DNA of 64,000 nucleotides from an uncultured Poribacteria bacterium. Its GTDB lineage: Bacteria > Poribacteria > WGA-4E > WGA-3G. This document shows positions 19,019 to 29,301 of this stretch, piece by piece. The translations under genes and the position numbers were made by a program. The notes under the pieces are model-generated. The model was not told the DNA's origin and made no database searches. It saw nothing but the letters and a program-made list of their open reading frames with translations. Numbering within the stretch: position 1 is the first letter of the stretch; the number at the start of each line of letters is the position of its first letter. The DNA lies in assembly GCA_958296135.2 (NCBI GenBank), contig CATQHZ020000001.1, positions 2,432,001-2,496,000 on the forward strand, in the 5' to 3' direction.

Positions 19019-22003
19019 TCAAAAAGCTTGCCCTAACCCTAAATGGTATTTAAAACCGGGCTCCAAGCCCGTTAAATCGGTGTTTCGCGCCGCGGCGAAG
19101 TCAATGGAAAACAGCCCAAGCTGCAGGCGAAGCCCGAAGCCAATCGACGCTTTCACATCGTCAAGCCGGATGCGGTTGTTCTCCCAATGAAAAATGTCAA
19201 ACGGATTCTCAGGTCCGAATTGCGAATCCGACCAGGCACCGCCGACATCGGCGAAGACAATCCCTCGGATGCCCCCAATCGTCCACTGGACGGGCCATCC
19301 AAAATGGAGAATGTCTATAAACGGGATGCGCACTTCGGCGTTGAGTAAACCGATGCGTGTGCCGACAAACTCTTCATACCGATAGCCGCGAATCGTATCA
19401 ATACCGCCGAGGTAGAAGTAGGACTTCGCCTCGCCGAAGCTGCCGCCGAATAACAGCCGCAACGCGACGGTGGAGCGTCGTCCGAGGCTGAAATAGCGGC
19501 GCGCGTCAAAAACGACGTTCGTGAACGATAACTCGCTGCCGAGTGTCGTGAAAGACCTCTCCAATTCCAACCGATAGCGCGCGCCAGTATACGGATAGAA
19601 CTCGCGCCACATCGTCGTATCCCCAACGAACGCCACTGAACCTACGGAAAGCAACCCTCTGTTGTCGTAGGGATCGAGCGGTTCGTTCGTCTGGAAGTTG
19701 AACAGAAACGGCTTCGTAAACATGGAGAACCCAAAGTCGATCCGACGATACCGGTTAAACGGATAGGAGAGATAGCCGCCCATCCCGGTAATACGTTGTA
19801 AAATGCCGCGCCGGCTCCGAATCGCGCCCAAGACATGGTACTCATGATAGTTGTAGACACTCGCGCCCAGATCGGCACGGTGTGTCAAGAATCCGTAATG
19901 CGCGATAAAATTCGGCGCGAGATAGGCGGACTGATTCATCACCTGAACGCCGATGCGATGGTTACCCAACATATCGCTCCCGATGATTTGCACGGTACTT
20001 CGCAGAAGGCCGTCTGCGCCGAAACTAAAATCCGGAAAGATGGCATCTAAAGCGAAGGAGGACTTTGTGCTATATTTCCGCTTGGAAACCCGATAGATAG
20101 GTTCTTCGTCGCGTGCAATCACCTCCGTTACAGGCATCTGCACCTCAACCTTTTCATCAACAGCTTTCGACATCTCCATCACACAGACATCGTATTTGCC
20201 AGCCTGATATGCAGTAAACAGCAGGGACTTGCCATCAGGCGACAGACTCGGATTGAAACACCCGGTCATCAGATTCGTGAGCCGCTTGAGATGGTGCCCA
20301 CCGTCCGAAAGTGCCAACTCATAGACATCGTAAACGCCCTGCCGGTCTGAGCAGTAGAGGAGCGCGTCGCCGCCATGAGCCCAGGTCGGACTGATAGCGT
20401 TGAATTTACCGTCGGTTAGCAACCGTTCGGTGCTACGAACCGGGGACTCGGTAACATCGATCAGAACAAGCCGATTTTTTGGCCCGCGCTCGGAGGCATA
20501 GACGACCTGGGCATTTTCCGGATGCCATGACGGATGCGTATCGTTAAACACGTCGTCCGTCAGCGGCGCGACCGCCCCGGTGGCCAAGTCAATAATAAAA
20601 AGGTCGGTTTGTCCCTCTTTCAAGGCGGAAAAGACAATCCGTTCGCCTGCCCCATCGTAATCCGGCGAAGAAATGCTATCAAACGCCACATTCTCATAGG
20701 CAAGTTTGAAATAGTGAGTCATCTCCTGCGTCAGAATGTTGACCTCAATCAAATAATTAGCGTGGTGATGCTTCGCGACAAAGGCGATTCTGTCACCATC
20801 GGGCGCCCACGCGAGGCTCCTGCCGAACCCACTGAAATCAGTCCGGATTTCCTCGTATTTACTGCGGAAAAACTTCTTGGTTATCCGATGCAGCCGTTCT
20901 CCCGTTTTCGCGGACATCAGAACAATCTCAAGAAAACCGTCGTTGCCCGTGACGTAAGCGATGATGTCGCCGCTCGGGGACCAGACCGGCTTGATATTAT
21001 GCGAATATTTCGCCTCTTCTGTCAAATTCTTCGCGACAAGATCCGGCAACTCCCGGTCTTGGATGAGGGGCCAATAGCGTTTGCGCACCGTCTGCCGCCA
21101 CGCCTTATCAAAATCTTCAAGAGAAATACCGAGAACTTCCCGGAAAACCCGGTCCAAGTTTTTCGTGCGGCTTTGGCGAAGCCCCTGCAAGATATCGGCG
21201 ATTTTCTCGCGACCGTATGTCTCACACAGATACGCAACCGCCAATTGCCCAAGTTTATACCCAACGAAAGGGGAACGGAGACGATTAAAATTGTGCAGCT
21301 GCGGCAGCGGAACGATGTTGTTATTAATGCTAGCATCCCGAAGCACCATTTCACCGATTGCGTCGTTATCCTCGGCGAAGTAGTCCGCCATTCCCTCGAT
21401 AAACCAGACCGGCGCGGAGTAGAGGAACTCGCCGCTATAGATACGCATGTGCGGCTTCTGATAGATAATATCGTATTGAAAGACATGGATGAGCTCGTGA
21501 AAAATCACCTCGCGAAAAGCCGCTATCGAACCGGTAAACGGGATAACAACACGGTGTTTGAAGAGTTCGGCAAACCCACCAATGCCTTCGTGGAGCTCCT
21601 GCAGGATGATATTTGTCTCCTGAAAATCCTTATGCGATTTGTAAAGGATGAGCGGTGTCCTGTCCTGCAACTCGTGGTCAAAATCTTCGCTGTGTTTTTC
21701 GTAAGCCTCCTCGGCGATGGCAGCCATGAGCGGGACCAGCTTCGCTTCACTCGGATAGTAGTGGATATCAAAGTGCTCGGTGCGGTGGACGTGCCAATCG
21801 AAGCGTTGCCCGGTAATCTTGTTTTTGCCGAAGCCTTGGCCCCACACCGTAGCCGCCTGCATCAGGATTAACAGCCCGAAAATCAGGCCGGGGAGGCACG
21901 CTTTCCACGCGCGCACCTCGTGACAGGCGCGGCTGCAAAACGCGCCTACGGGGCCCGTGCTGCGTCCGACCTCGGCGTGTTGCGTTCTCATCAAATGTTT
22001 CAT
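19019..22003 (-). CDS. Omp85/BamA-family protein with N-terminal gluzincin peptidase and PD40/TolB-like propeller
   Basis: FGKNK N-terminus, HELIH plus WFIEGMA zinc motif, PD40 repeats (PVWSPSGD), YLGGIDTIRGY Omp85 motif, C-terminal F. Confidence 0.85.
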   Translation of the reverse strand: MKHLMRTQHAEVGRSTGPVGAFCSRACHEVRAWKACLPGLIFGLLILMQAATVWGQGFGKNKITGQRFDWHVHRTEHFDIHYYPSEAKLVPLMAAIAEEAYEKHSEDFDHELQDRTPLILYKSHKDFQETNIILQELHEGIGGFAELFKHRVVIPFTGSIAAFREVIFHELIHVFQYDIIYQKPHMRIYSGEFLYSAPVWFIEGMADYFAEDNDAIGEMVLRDASINNNIVPLPQLHNFNRLRSPFVGYKLGQLAVAYLCETYGREKIADILQGLRQSRTKNLDRVFREVLGISLEDFDKAWRQTVRKRYWPLIQDRELPDLVAKNLTEEAKYSHNIKPVWSPSGDIIAYVTGNDGFLEIVLMSAKTGERLHRITKKFFRSKYEEIRTDFSGFGRSLAWAPDGDRIAFVAKHHHANYLIEVNILTQEMTHYFKLAYENVAFDSISSPDYDGAGERIVFSALKEGQTDLFIIDLATGAVAPLTDDVFNDTHPSWHPENAQVVYASERGPKNRLVLIDVTESPVRSTERLLTDGKFNAISPTWAHGGDALLYCSDRQGVYDVYELALSDGGHHLKRLTNLMTGCFNPSLSPDGKSLLFTAYQAGKYDVCVMEMSKAVDEKVEVQMPVTEVIARDEEPIYRVSKRKYSTKSSFALDAIFPDFSFGADGLLRSTVQIIGSDMLGNHRIGVQVMNQSAYLAPNFIAHYGFLTHRADLGASVYNYHEYHVLGAIRSRRGILQRITGMGGYLSYPFNRYRRIDFGFSMFTKPFLFNFQTNEPLDPYDNRGLLSVGSVAFVGDTTMWREFYPYTGARYRLELERSFTTLGSELSFTNVVFDARRYFSLGRRSTVALRLLFGGSFGEAKSYFYLGGIDTIRGYRYEEFVGTRIGLLNAEVRIPFIDILHFGWPVQWTIGGIRGIVFADVGGAWSDSQFGPENPFDIFHWENNRIRLDDVKASIGFGLRLQLGLFSIDFAAARNTDLTGLEPGFKYHLGLGQAF

Positions 22004-22779
22004 TGGACTAGATACCTATCTTCGCGTTCATAATGCGGCGAAATTCTGCGTGTAAATTCAGCAATTGCACGCCGACTGAGCTCTCTCAAGGTGTTCTCCT
22101 GTGGGCCCGCCTGTGAAAAGATGAACGAACCGAGGGTATGCGCCTCCGCCGTGCTGCGCCGATACGATTCATCCCAAATAACCTGTTCGTTCTCCACATC
22201 AATAATCAGAACACGAAGCGTCAAAAAATAGGTTTTCTGCATATAGTCCTGATAATTCATCACATACCGTTGCCGTTGGATGGAATAGCGTTCCCCATAA
22301 TAGCGTCTCGGGCGGCTATCGGTGTCAAACCGGTAGTTCCCGACGATAACTGCCTTTACGTCAAAATAGCTGCCGAGTTCGCTGAGGTGTTCAATGTCGG
22401 TGAGCCACTCTTCGGCGACAGTTTCGCCGGTGAGAATGCGCGATGTCTCCTGCGTGCTAACGACATCAAAGTGCTTTTGGCGCGCGAGCCCTCGGCGGAG
22501 GATAGAAGCGATCTCCTCGCCGACACGCTGCGGCATTGCCTCGTCACGCGAAGAGCGTTTTTCACGCGCAAAAGGCAAAACGGCGAAGTTGGAATATCGG
22601 TTAATATCGATTTCGGATTGCACCTTCACTGGAATAGAGACGCGCGTAGCTGCGCGACCGCACCCACATAAAGTCAGTGCAGCAAAGACTATTCCGAGCG
22701 CGCTTACCGGGAAGGTTTCACTCCAACCGTTCCTCTGCTTGAACATCTTCATCTTCGGTAGCCCCTTTTCGGCGGACAT
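22000..22779 (-). CDS. Lipoprotein (CsgG/LpoB-like fold)
   Basis: Lipobox LCGC, FAVLPF, LRVLIIDVENEQVIW; stop overlaps the next ATG. Confidence 0.6.
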   Translation of the reverse strand: MSAEKGLPKMKMFKQRNGWSETFPVSALGIVFAALTLCGCGRAATRVSIPVKVQSEIDINRYSNFAVLPFAREKRSSRDEAMPQRVGEEIASILRRGLARQKHFDVVSTQETSRILTGETVAEEWLTDIEHLSELGSYFDVKAVIVGNYRFDTDSRPRRYYGERYSIQRQRYVMNYQDYMQKTYFLTLRVLIIDVENEQVIWDESYRRSTAEAHTLGSFIFSQAGPQENTLRELSRRAIAEFTRRISPHYEREDRYLVQ

Positions 22780-23116
22780 GTATACGGCACCGCCGGTAGT
22801 TCAGGCGATAGTATTTATTATCGGGCGCGAGTGCCGTTGCGCGCTCATAGGCGGCAATCGCCTCATCGGTTTTGCCGAGGGCTTCATAAGCCACACCGAG
22901 GTTGTTGAGGGCCTTGGCGTTACCCGGCTCCATCGCAACAACCTGCCGCCAGCGGAAGATTGCCTCGTTCCATAATTCCGCCTGCGCGGCTTTTACCGCA
23001 AACTGGTTGTAGTCTGAGACGCGCACGGTATCGCGCGCTGTCGCGCAACCAAGCAACGTCAGCAATGTGAAGGCAGATATGAGCACAGATACGTTCTGTT
23101 TTAACAATTTTATCAC
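22718..23116 (-). CDS. TPR lipoprotein
   Basis: Lipobox LLGC; ALNNLGVAYEALGKTDEAIAAYERA TPR. Confidence 0.85.
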   Translation of the reverse strand: MIKLLKQNVSVLISAFTLLTLLGCATARDTVRVSDYNQFAVKAAQAELWNEAIFRWRQVVAMEPGNAKALNNLGVAYEALGKTDEAIAAYERATALAPDNKYYRLNYRRCRIHVRRKGATEDEDVQAEERLE

Positions 23117-23127
23117 CTCATAAAGAT

Positions 23128-23157
23128 ATTTTACACGAAAATCACGTTTTTTGTCAA
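23128..23157 (-). promoter_or_regulatory. sigma70-type promoter for the TPR/Omp85 operon
   Basis: TTGACA-18nt-TAAAAT. Confidence 0.55.
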
Positions 23158-23615
23158 GAAAAATGATTTTTCATTTTTCACTGGAATCATCTGATACCAA
23201 ATTGACTTGACGCGAGAATAACAAGGACAGAGGTATTTCCCAGCACATCAACGGAAAACACCGCAGCGCCACAGAGTCTGTTCCTCTGTAGTAACGCGGT
23301 GTTTCTTGAAAGCACTGAGCTCAGGGGAGCCTGAACGCTGGTGATTTGATTGATATCCTATCAAAACAGTGGACATCGATTCAGGAAGACGGAAGAGCTG
23401 TTCCATATCTGTAGTTTGAGCTCGCCTGAACTCAAACAGGACAGGACTGGGCGAATCCCCACCTACAAGGAGGGGGCCCGTTGTTGACTTTTACGGAGAA
23501 TATCAAAAACGGAAAACTGAATGCCCAGACTCGGTGGTTTTTTTGCCTGCCAAGAAAAATGTTTTTATGCTAAAATTATCCCAAAGCGCAAGTCACATCT
23601 AAGGAGCACACAACA

Positions 23616-24716
23616 ATGTCGAACACAACACCAGTTCGCACCGTGATTGTCGGCTGTGGTATGATTGCCGCGGGCGGCTATCAGCCCCGGTGCCGGGCGT
23701 ATCCGCACCGCATCGAACTCGTTGGCTACTATGACCAGGATGAAGCGCGGGCCTCAGCTTTGGCAGAGAAAAACGGCGGCCGCGTCTACAAATCCTTTGA
23801 AGAAGTGCTGAACGATGCAAACGTAGAGGCAATTGTCAACCTGACTATCCACATAGCCCATTATCCGGTCACTTTGGCGGCACTCAAAGCCGGCAAACAT
23901 GTCTATTCCGAGAAACCCATTTCTATCCGAACCGACGAAGCGAACGAGCTCGTCGAAACTGCGGAGGCCATGGGATTAAAACTCGCGTGCGCACCATCGG
24001 CGATTCTGGGTTACGTGCAGCAGAACGTCTGGAAACGGGTTCGCGAAGGCGAGATTGGCGAAGTAATTTCTGCCATCGGTAACTTCGGCGGGCCGCTGGA
24101 GCATTGGCACCCGAACGCGGACGCGTTTCTGATGCACGCCGGGCCCTTCCGCGATGTCGCACCGTATCCCTTAACGGCGATGACGACGATGATTGCACCT
24201 ATCAAAACCGTTCACGGATTCGCCAGAGTCGCTGTGCCAAAGCGGATGTTGCACCAAGGCCCACGCAAAGGCACCGAGTTTGAGGTAACCGAGAAGGACC
24301 ACGGCTTCGCCGTGCTGGAATTTGAAAACGGCGCACACGGACTCATCTATCATAGCTTCACCGTCGCTTCGGGGATTCCGCCTTATGAAATCCACGGCAC
24401 AGCAGGTGGGTTCTCCCTTCAGGCACACGATGACGGCCGCGGCATCCAAAAATTCACGCCGGAAAATCGGTGGACAGCCGAGGACTCGCCGCCAAAAGCA
24501 TACACAGGGCTGGACTGGGGCAAAGGTGTCGCCGATTTCGCCGATGCAATTCGGCACGACCGCGCACCACGGTGCAACGGCGCGCAAGCTCGCCACGCCC
24601 TAGAAATATGCGAACGAGTCATCGAATCCTCCGATTTAGGCAGACCGGTTGATATTGTCAGCCGTTTTCCTAAACCTCCTCCAGTCAACGAAGTCGCGCC
24701 GTGGGATGAGAGTTAG
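23616..24716 (+). CDS. Gfo/Idh/MocA family oxidoreductase
   Basis: IVGCGMIA Rossmann motif, GKHVYSEKP. Confidence 0.9.
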   Translation: MSNTTPVRTVIVGCGMIAAGGYQPRCRAYPHRIELVGYYDQDEARASALAEKNGGRVYKSFEEVLNDANVEAIVNLTIHIAHYPVTLAALKAGKHVYSEKPISIRTDEANELVETAEAMGLKLACAPSAILGYVQQNVWKRVREGEIGEVISAIGNFGGPLEHWHPNADAFLMHAGPFRDVAPYPLTAMTTMIAPIKTVHGFARVAVPKRMLHQGPRKGTEFEVTEKDHGFAVLEFENGAHGLIYHSFTVASGIPPYEIHGTAGGFSLQAHDDGRGIQKFTPENRWTAEDSPPKAYTGLDWGKGVADFADAIRHDRAPRCNGAQARHALEICERVIESSDLGRPVDIVSRFPKPPPVNEVAPWDES

Positions 24717-24803
24717 AAAGGATGCTTGCACCTCCCGCCCCGGTCGGGCTCGCCCGAGCCCGACCGGCTTGTTATCAACACCTTCGCGACCGGAAGGGCG
24801 CGC

Positions 24804-27500
24804 CTACCGCGCTGTCTTCCCCAGACTCACTAGGTTAAGGAACAGACAATACGCGCCTGCCACACCCGCCGGCAACTGCCGATAAAAAGCATACGCAGCA
24901 TAGGTGTAAGTGCCTTGGCCGTATCGCGCATGGAGCAGACCGCCGCGCTGCGGCTCCTGCCCCCGGTCGTTGCATGAGAGGAGTGCCTGATAGTTTGCAT
25001 CCCACTCGGTTAAGAATTTTGAACCGCGCTCCTCTACCCACCCTTCAAAATCGGCTTCCGTAATCCGATGGGGAGCCCGAAATATCTGATGTCCCGGTTC
25101 CAAGATTCGCACCGGCGCATCCTCTTCCGAGACCTCCTCTGGCCGCCTCCCCATCGTATAAGGATAAGGACCGAAGGGTGCCGCGTCGAATTCCGGTGTC
25201 TGATACTGGACGATAAGATTGCCGCCGTTCTGCACGTAATCAAGGAGCCGGCCGTTATAGGCACCGAGGTCTCGGCGTACGGCATACGCCCGAATGCCGA
25301 CGAGAATCGTATCAAATCGGCTCAAATCGCCGGTGCGGAGTTCATCCCGGTCCAGCAGCTGCACGTCAACCCCGAGTTGTTGCAGTGCCCCCGGCACCTT
25401 ATCTCCCACCCCCATGATGTATCCGACGCGCAAATCTTCTGGGACGACAACGTCAACGGCATGGAGCGTCATTGTGGCAGGCCGATAGAGGTGGCGCGGT
25501 GCTAAGTCCCGATGCGCGATCGCCTGATAGCCAGTGGTATATTCCTTACCGTTGCACGTGGCAACAGCCTGAATTGCGTGACTTTTGCCTGCCGCCACCT
25601 GCTGCGCCGCGACGCGGAACGTAAATGTCTGGCTCGCGCCTTCGTGCGTAAAAGCGAAAGGCATGGAGGCTGGTTCGGCACTCCATCCCGCCGGCAGCTT
25701 CAGCGTGACAACCCCTTCTGCCTCGCCTTTGACGTTATTGAGCACCTCCACTTCCACAGGTATTTGTAAGGGCGAGTTTCCAGAGATGTCTGCCGGCATA
25801 ACGCCGATGCGCGGCGACACCGACACGCTAATCGCCGGCGCAACCGTTAGTAACCGCCTCTTCTCGCCCCAGGGTCTGTCAATGGAGACTGTCTGTGCAG
25901 GTTGCCACAATTCAAATGCCACACCATCCACGCGATAGGTTAAGACTCCATAAACTTCGGGCGGCGCGAAGGGTAAAAAGCGGAATTCTGGGTTCTCAAG
26001 CGTGTAGACAGCGTCGTGATATTCAGAAGCGCGCGTCCAATAAGGCCGCGTATAGGCAGCATCCTGAGGCACTTCCACCTCAAATCGGACAGAGACTACC
26101 TCGTTCTGTGGGAGGGACATCGCGTTCAGAGGCTCGTTTCTACGGAATTGCCAGCCTTCAGGCACGCGGAGGGAGGCGTTGATAGTCCCAGGGTCGACCG
26201 CGGTAGGATTCACCATCCGCATCGCAATGTCAAATGTTTGTCCCGGAATAGCAACGGCGAAGGTCTCGGGGGAACTGTAAGGCCGTTGCTCTGTACCTGC
26301 CTGATGCGGTTGAACCAGCACTTCCAACGAGAGCCCTAGTGCGGCGTTTGCTGCTGTCATAAATTCTAACTGCTTGTTGAAAAGGAGGAACTGCAGATGC
26401 GAACGCGCCGCCTCATCAATATTATCTGCCGCTCCGACACTGTCCATTAAACTGCGCGTCGTTTTTAACCCCTTTGCAAGATGCGGGACAACTTTCCACG
26501 GCGCGCGTGCATCGAACGCCTTCAGCGCGGTATCCACACTCTCATGAAGTCGCGCAAAATCAGCGGCCAACTCCGGCAGGTGGGCAATCTCCGCCATACC
26601 TATAAGCGTCGTATCCAGGCCATCAAAGAGCCCTTGTTCGGCTGGCGGGGTTTGCACTCCCGCCGCTGTCTCCACTAAGCGCAATTCCGAGATGGATGCC
26701 CCTTTAGATGCAAGCGTCTGGCCCGCGCCTTGTGAACGTTGATAACTCAGTCCTTTGCGCGCGATTTGATAGTAGGAGAGCCCAAGCAACGGGTTGTATT
26801 CTCCCGTATCAATTTTGAGGAGCGGCGTATCCGCATCTTCAGTTTCGCTGCGCCGCCATCTCGAACGCGTGACGTAGAGTTTCTTCGGTTGCCACGGACG
26901 CAAACCTGCCTCAAAGTGCTCAGGAAACCGATTTGCATCGCCCGCCGCATGAAACGCCTCCAACGTGACAACCCCGGAAGCCTGATGGTGCCCGTGTCCA
27001 TCTTGGCGGTTCCCCTGAAACCGAGCGATGATGACATCAGGACGGTATTGCCGAATGAGCCGCACCATATCCTCCAGCAACATCTCCTTATCCCACTTTT
27101 CCAACGTCTCGTCTAACCGTTTGGAATAGCCGAAGTCTACGGCACTGCTGTAAAAGAGCTCAACCCCGTAATAGCGCGCCGAGGTGAGATGTTCTTCGGT
27201 GCGGACAATCCCTAACGCGTCGAACAACTCCGAACCGATGAGGTTCGCACCGCCTTCTCCGCGCGTCGTGGAATATAACCCCGTTCTGACTCCCTGACCG
27301 CGGCTGAGCCATGTCAACAACGCGCCATTTTCATCGTCTGGGTGCGCGACGGTGTGAAGGACGGTGGCAGTCGTCTGTAAGCGTTGCAACGCGCGCCAGA
27401 CTTCCGCGGCGTTCGTCATCCCAACCATTTCGCCGGTGTCTGCCATTGCTAAAGTGCCCCCTATTGCGAACGTTAAGATTAAGATAGTGATGTATTTCAT
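24804..27500 (-). CDS. Secreted PIG-L/LmbE family deacetylase with NEW3-like and class I GATase-like domains
   Basis: Likely start MKYITIL at 27500; AHPDDE, TRGEGGAN, DFGYSK, HGHHQ, YVQNGGNLIVQY. Confidence 0.88.
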   Translation of the reverse strand: MKYITILILTFAIGGTLAMADTGEMVGMTNAAEVWRALQRLQTTATVLHTVAHPDDENGALLTWLSRGQGVRTGLYSTTRGEGGANLIGSELFDALGIVRTEEHLTSARYYGVELFYSSAVDFGYSKRLDETLEKWDKEMLLEDMVRLIRQYRPDVIIARFQGNRQDGHGHHQASGVVTLEAFHAAGDANRFPEHFEAGLRPWQPKKLYVTRSRWRRSETEDADTPLLKIDTGEYNPLLGLSYYQIARKGLSYQRSQGAGQTLASKGASISELRLVETAAGVQTPPAEQGLFDGLDTTLIGMAEIAHLPELAADFARLHESVDTALKAFDARAPWKVVPHLAKGLKTTRSLMDSVGAADNIDEAARSHLQFLLFNKQLEFMTAANAALGLSLEVLVQPHQAGTEQRPYSSPETFAVAIPGQTFDIAMRMVNPTAVDPGTINASLRVPEGWQFRRNEPLNAMSLPQNEVVSVRFEVEVPQDAAYTRPYWTRASEYHDAVYTLENPEFRFLPFAPPEVYGVLTYRVDGVAFELWQPAQTVSIDRPWGEKRRLLTVAPAISVSVSPRIGVMPADISGNSPLQIPVEVEVLNNVKGEAEGVVTLKLPAGWSAEPASMPFAFTHEGASQTFTFRVAAQQVAAGKSHAIQAVATCNGKEYTTGYQAIAHRDLAPRHLYRPATMTLHAVDVVVPEDLRVGYIMGVGDKVPGALQQLGVDVQLLDRDELRTGDLSRFDTILVGIRAYAVRRDLGAYNGRLLDYVQNGGNLIVQYQTPEFDAAPFGPYPYTMGRRPEEVSEEDAPVRILEPGHQIFRAPHRITEADFEGWVEERGSKFLTEWDANYQALLSCNDRGQEPQRGGLLHARYGQGTYTYAAYAFYRQLPAGVAGAYCLFLNLVSLGKTAR

Positions 27501-27519
27501 GTGTCGTCTTCCTTTTCCC

Positions 27520-27700
27520 CTATAGGAGAACCCTCCCAGTCTCAACACCTTGTAGGAGAGACCTCCCGGTCTCGATGCACCGGCGGAGAACCCTCCCAGT
27601 CTTAACACCCAGTAGGAGAGACCTCCTGGTCTCGATGCTGCCTTGTAGGAGAGACCTCCCGGTCTTGATGCACCGGCGGAGAACCCTCCCAGTCTCGATT
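27520..27700. repeat. Tandem REP-like repeats (GTAGGAGAGACCTCCCGGTCTCGA family)
   Basis: About six copies of GGAGA(G/A)(A)CC(C)TCC(C/T)(G/A)GTCT(C/T). Confidence 0.85.
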
Positions 27701-27734
27701 TTTCCACGCCTCCGAACCAGCAGAGGTTTTACCA

Positions 27735-28703
27735 TTATCCGAGCACGCCACGGAGCATCTCCACGCTTTGTGGCACTCCCGTGTACGCATCCGCCTTCCC
27801 TTCAAATTCAATGGATACATACCCCTGAAATCCTACCGACTTCAGAATCTGCCCAATTTTCGCATAATCCAGCTCCAATGTATACCATTCCCCGCCGCCG
27901 TAATAGGTCTTGGCGTGGACCAGCACCGCTTCAGGGGCGATCTGCGCTAGCTTTTCATACGGAACAGTAGGAGAGACCTCTAGTCCCGATGCACCCGTAG
28001 GAGAGACCTCCCGGTCTCGACTCCCTATAGGAGCAACCTCTAGTCCCGATGCACCCGTAGGAGAGACCTCCCGGTCTCGACTCCCTATAGGAGAAATCTC
28101 TGCGCTTGAATGCGAGAGAAAATTCCCACAATCCATCGTCACTTTCAACCACTCCGAGTCAATGGCAGACACGATGCGGTTCACACCTTCCGGCGTGCAT
28201 GTCAACCCCCAGTGGTTCTCCAAAGCGAGGATGACACCGTATTTCTCTGCATCCGGCAGGCACTCCTCAATAGCGGCGATGACCCAGGTGAACGCCTCAT
28301 CCTCGGTGTGCCCGGGGAGCGTCGGTTCCTGTCCCTCCATTTCCATCAATTCATCAAAAGAGCCAGTGGTGCCCCATCGCCCAGAATTGAGCCGAATCGC
28401 GGGGATGCCGAGTTCGTGCGCGAGTCGGATGCAGTGAACCGTGTGGTTGATGTTTTTTTGCCGTGTCTCCGCATCCGGCGAAACGAAGCCTTGATGAATG
28501 GAGAGCGCGTAGAGATCGAGCCCGTGAATGAAGGCGACCCGCTTCAGTTTCTGCAGATACGGATTCGCCTCAGATGCCATCTGTTGATGGAGGATTTCAA
28601 CGCCATCTAATTCCAGACGCGCGGCCTCCTCAATGACATGCTCAATCGGGACGCGCTCCGGGGTAAAATGCCAATATGAATACGTGGATACGCCGAGTTT
28701 CAT
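27735..28703 (-). CDS. Sugar phosphate isomerase/epimerase (TIM barrel) with an in-frame REP tandem insertion
   Basis: LALENHWG, MDCGNF, VHAK, YVSIEFEG; insert SPIGSRDREVSPTGASGLEV repeated. Confidence 0.88.
   Translation of the reverse strand: MKLGVSTYSYWHFTPERVPIEHVIEEAARLELDGVEILHQQMASEANPYLQKLKRVAFIHGLDLYALSIHQGFVSPDAETRQKNINHTVHCIRLAHELGIPAIRLNSGRWGTTGSFDELMEMEGQEPTLPGHTEDEAFTWVIAAIEECLPDAEKYGVILALENHWGLTCTPEGVNRIVSAIDSEWLKVTMDCGNFLSHSSAEISPIGSRDREVSPTGASGLEVAPIGSRDREVSPTGASGLEVSPTVPYEKLAQIAPEAVLVHAKTYYGGGEWYTLELDYAKIGQILKSVGFQGYVSIEFEGKADAYTGVPQSVEMLRGVLG
27967..28106. repeat. 30-bp REP monomers x4.5 inside a CDS
   Basis: (G/A)TAGGAG starts at 27967, 27997, 28027, 28057 and 28087. Confidence 0.9.
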
Positions 28704-28916
28704 CGATCACCTCTGATTGGTTATTGACATTATGATAACATAATTCGCGTTATGAAATCCACAGTTTTTTAGCACGTCCCATTTCCAAACAACCTCTCCG
28801 CACACCGTAGGGCGCGGGAACTTCCCTTCGTTTGGCCCTCGCCGTGCCCCGATTTCATAAAGAAAACCGCCGCGTGCCTCTATGACACACAGCGGTTTGG
28901 GAAAATAAATTGATTT

Positions 28917-29180
28917 CTACCTACCCTTTCTCTTCTTCCGTTTTTTTCGTTCCGATTGCTGAGTTTCTGCCTCTAGTTCCAATTCCCTGATTTCCTTTTT
29001 TGTCGCTAGTTCTAATTTTCTGATTTCACGCTTAAAGTGCCAGCCAAAACCAATACAAAATATGCCAAGTATCACTAAACCAATAAACACAACATTAAAG
29101 TCTGCCTTTTCAACAATTTTCAGCATTGCTAATGCTGTTCCAAGAAGCCTTTTTTTTGAAACCATTTTTCTAAAGTTCAT
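28917..29180 (-). CDS. Small AT-rich membrane protein with charged coiled-coil tail
   Basis: AGGAG RBS, one TM (VVFIGLVILGIFCIGFGW), duplicated EIRxLEL, basic tail. Confidence 0.6.
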   Translation of the reverse strand: MNFRKMVSKKRLLGTALAMLKIVEKADFNVVFIGLVILGIFCIGFGWHFKREIRKLELATKKEIRELELEAETQQSERKKRKKRKGR

Positions 29181-29301
29181 AATTTCTCCTTTTATTTTTT
29201 CTTATGTAGAGCCGAGTCTGCGCCTTGTCACTATTTATAATAAATTCTAAAGTTGTTTTAAACTTGCTGGTATGAAGTCCGTAGACTTTAATGTCAATCA
29301 T
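29170..29301 (-). CDS. Small ORF, 43 aa
   Basis: AGGAGG RBS then MIDIKVYGLHTSKFKTTLEFIINSDKAQTRLYIRKNKRRNYEL; overlaps the next start; below the ORF-track cutoff. Confidence 0.4.
   Translation of the reverse strand: MIDIKVYGLHTSKFKTTLEFIINSDKAQTRLYIRKNKRRNYEL

Noticed and set aside
27501-27707. N-terminal extensions of the PIG-L ORF (also HpcH 53813-54118 and Res 59837-60034)
   Set aside because: Made of REP repeats or overlapping another gene; better starts with RBS, signal peptide or promoter lie downstream.
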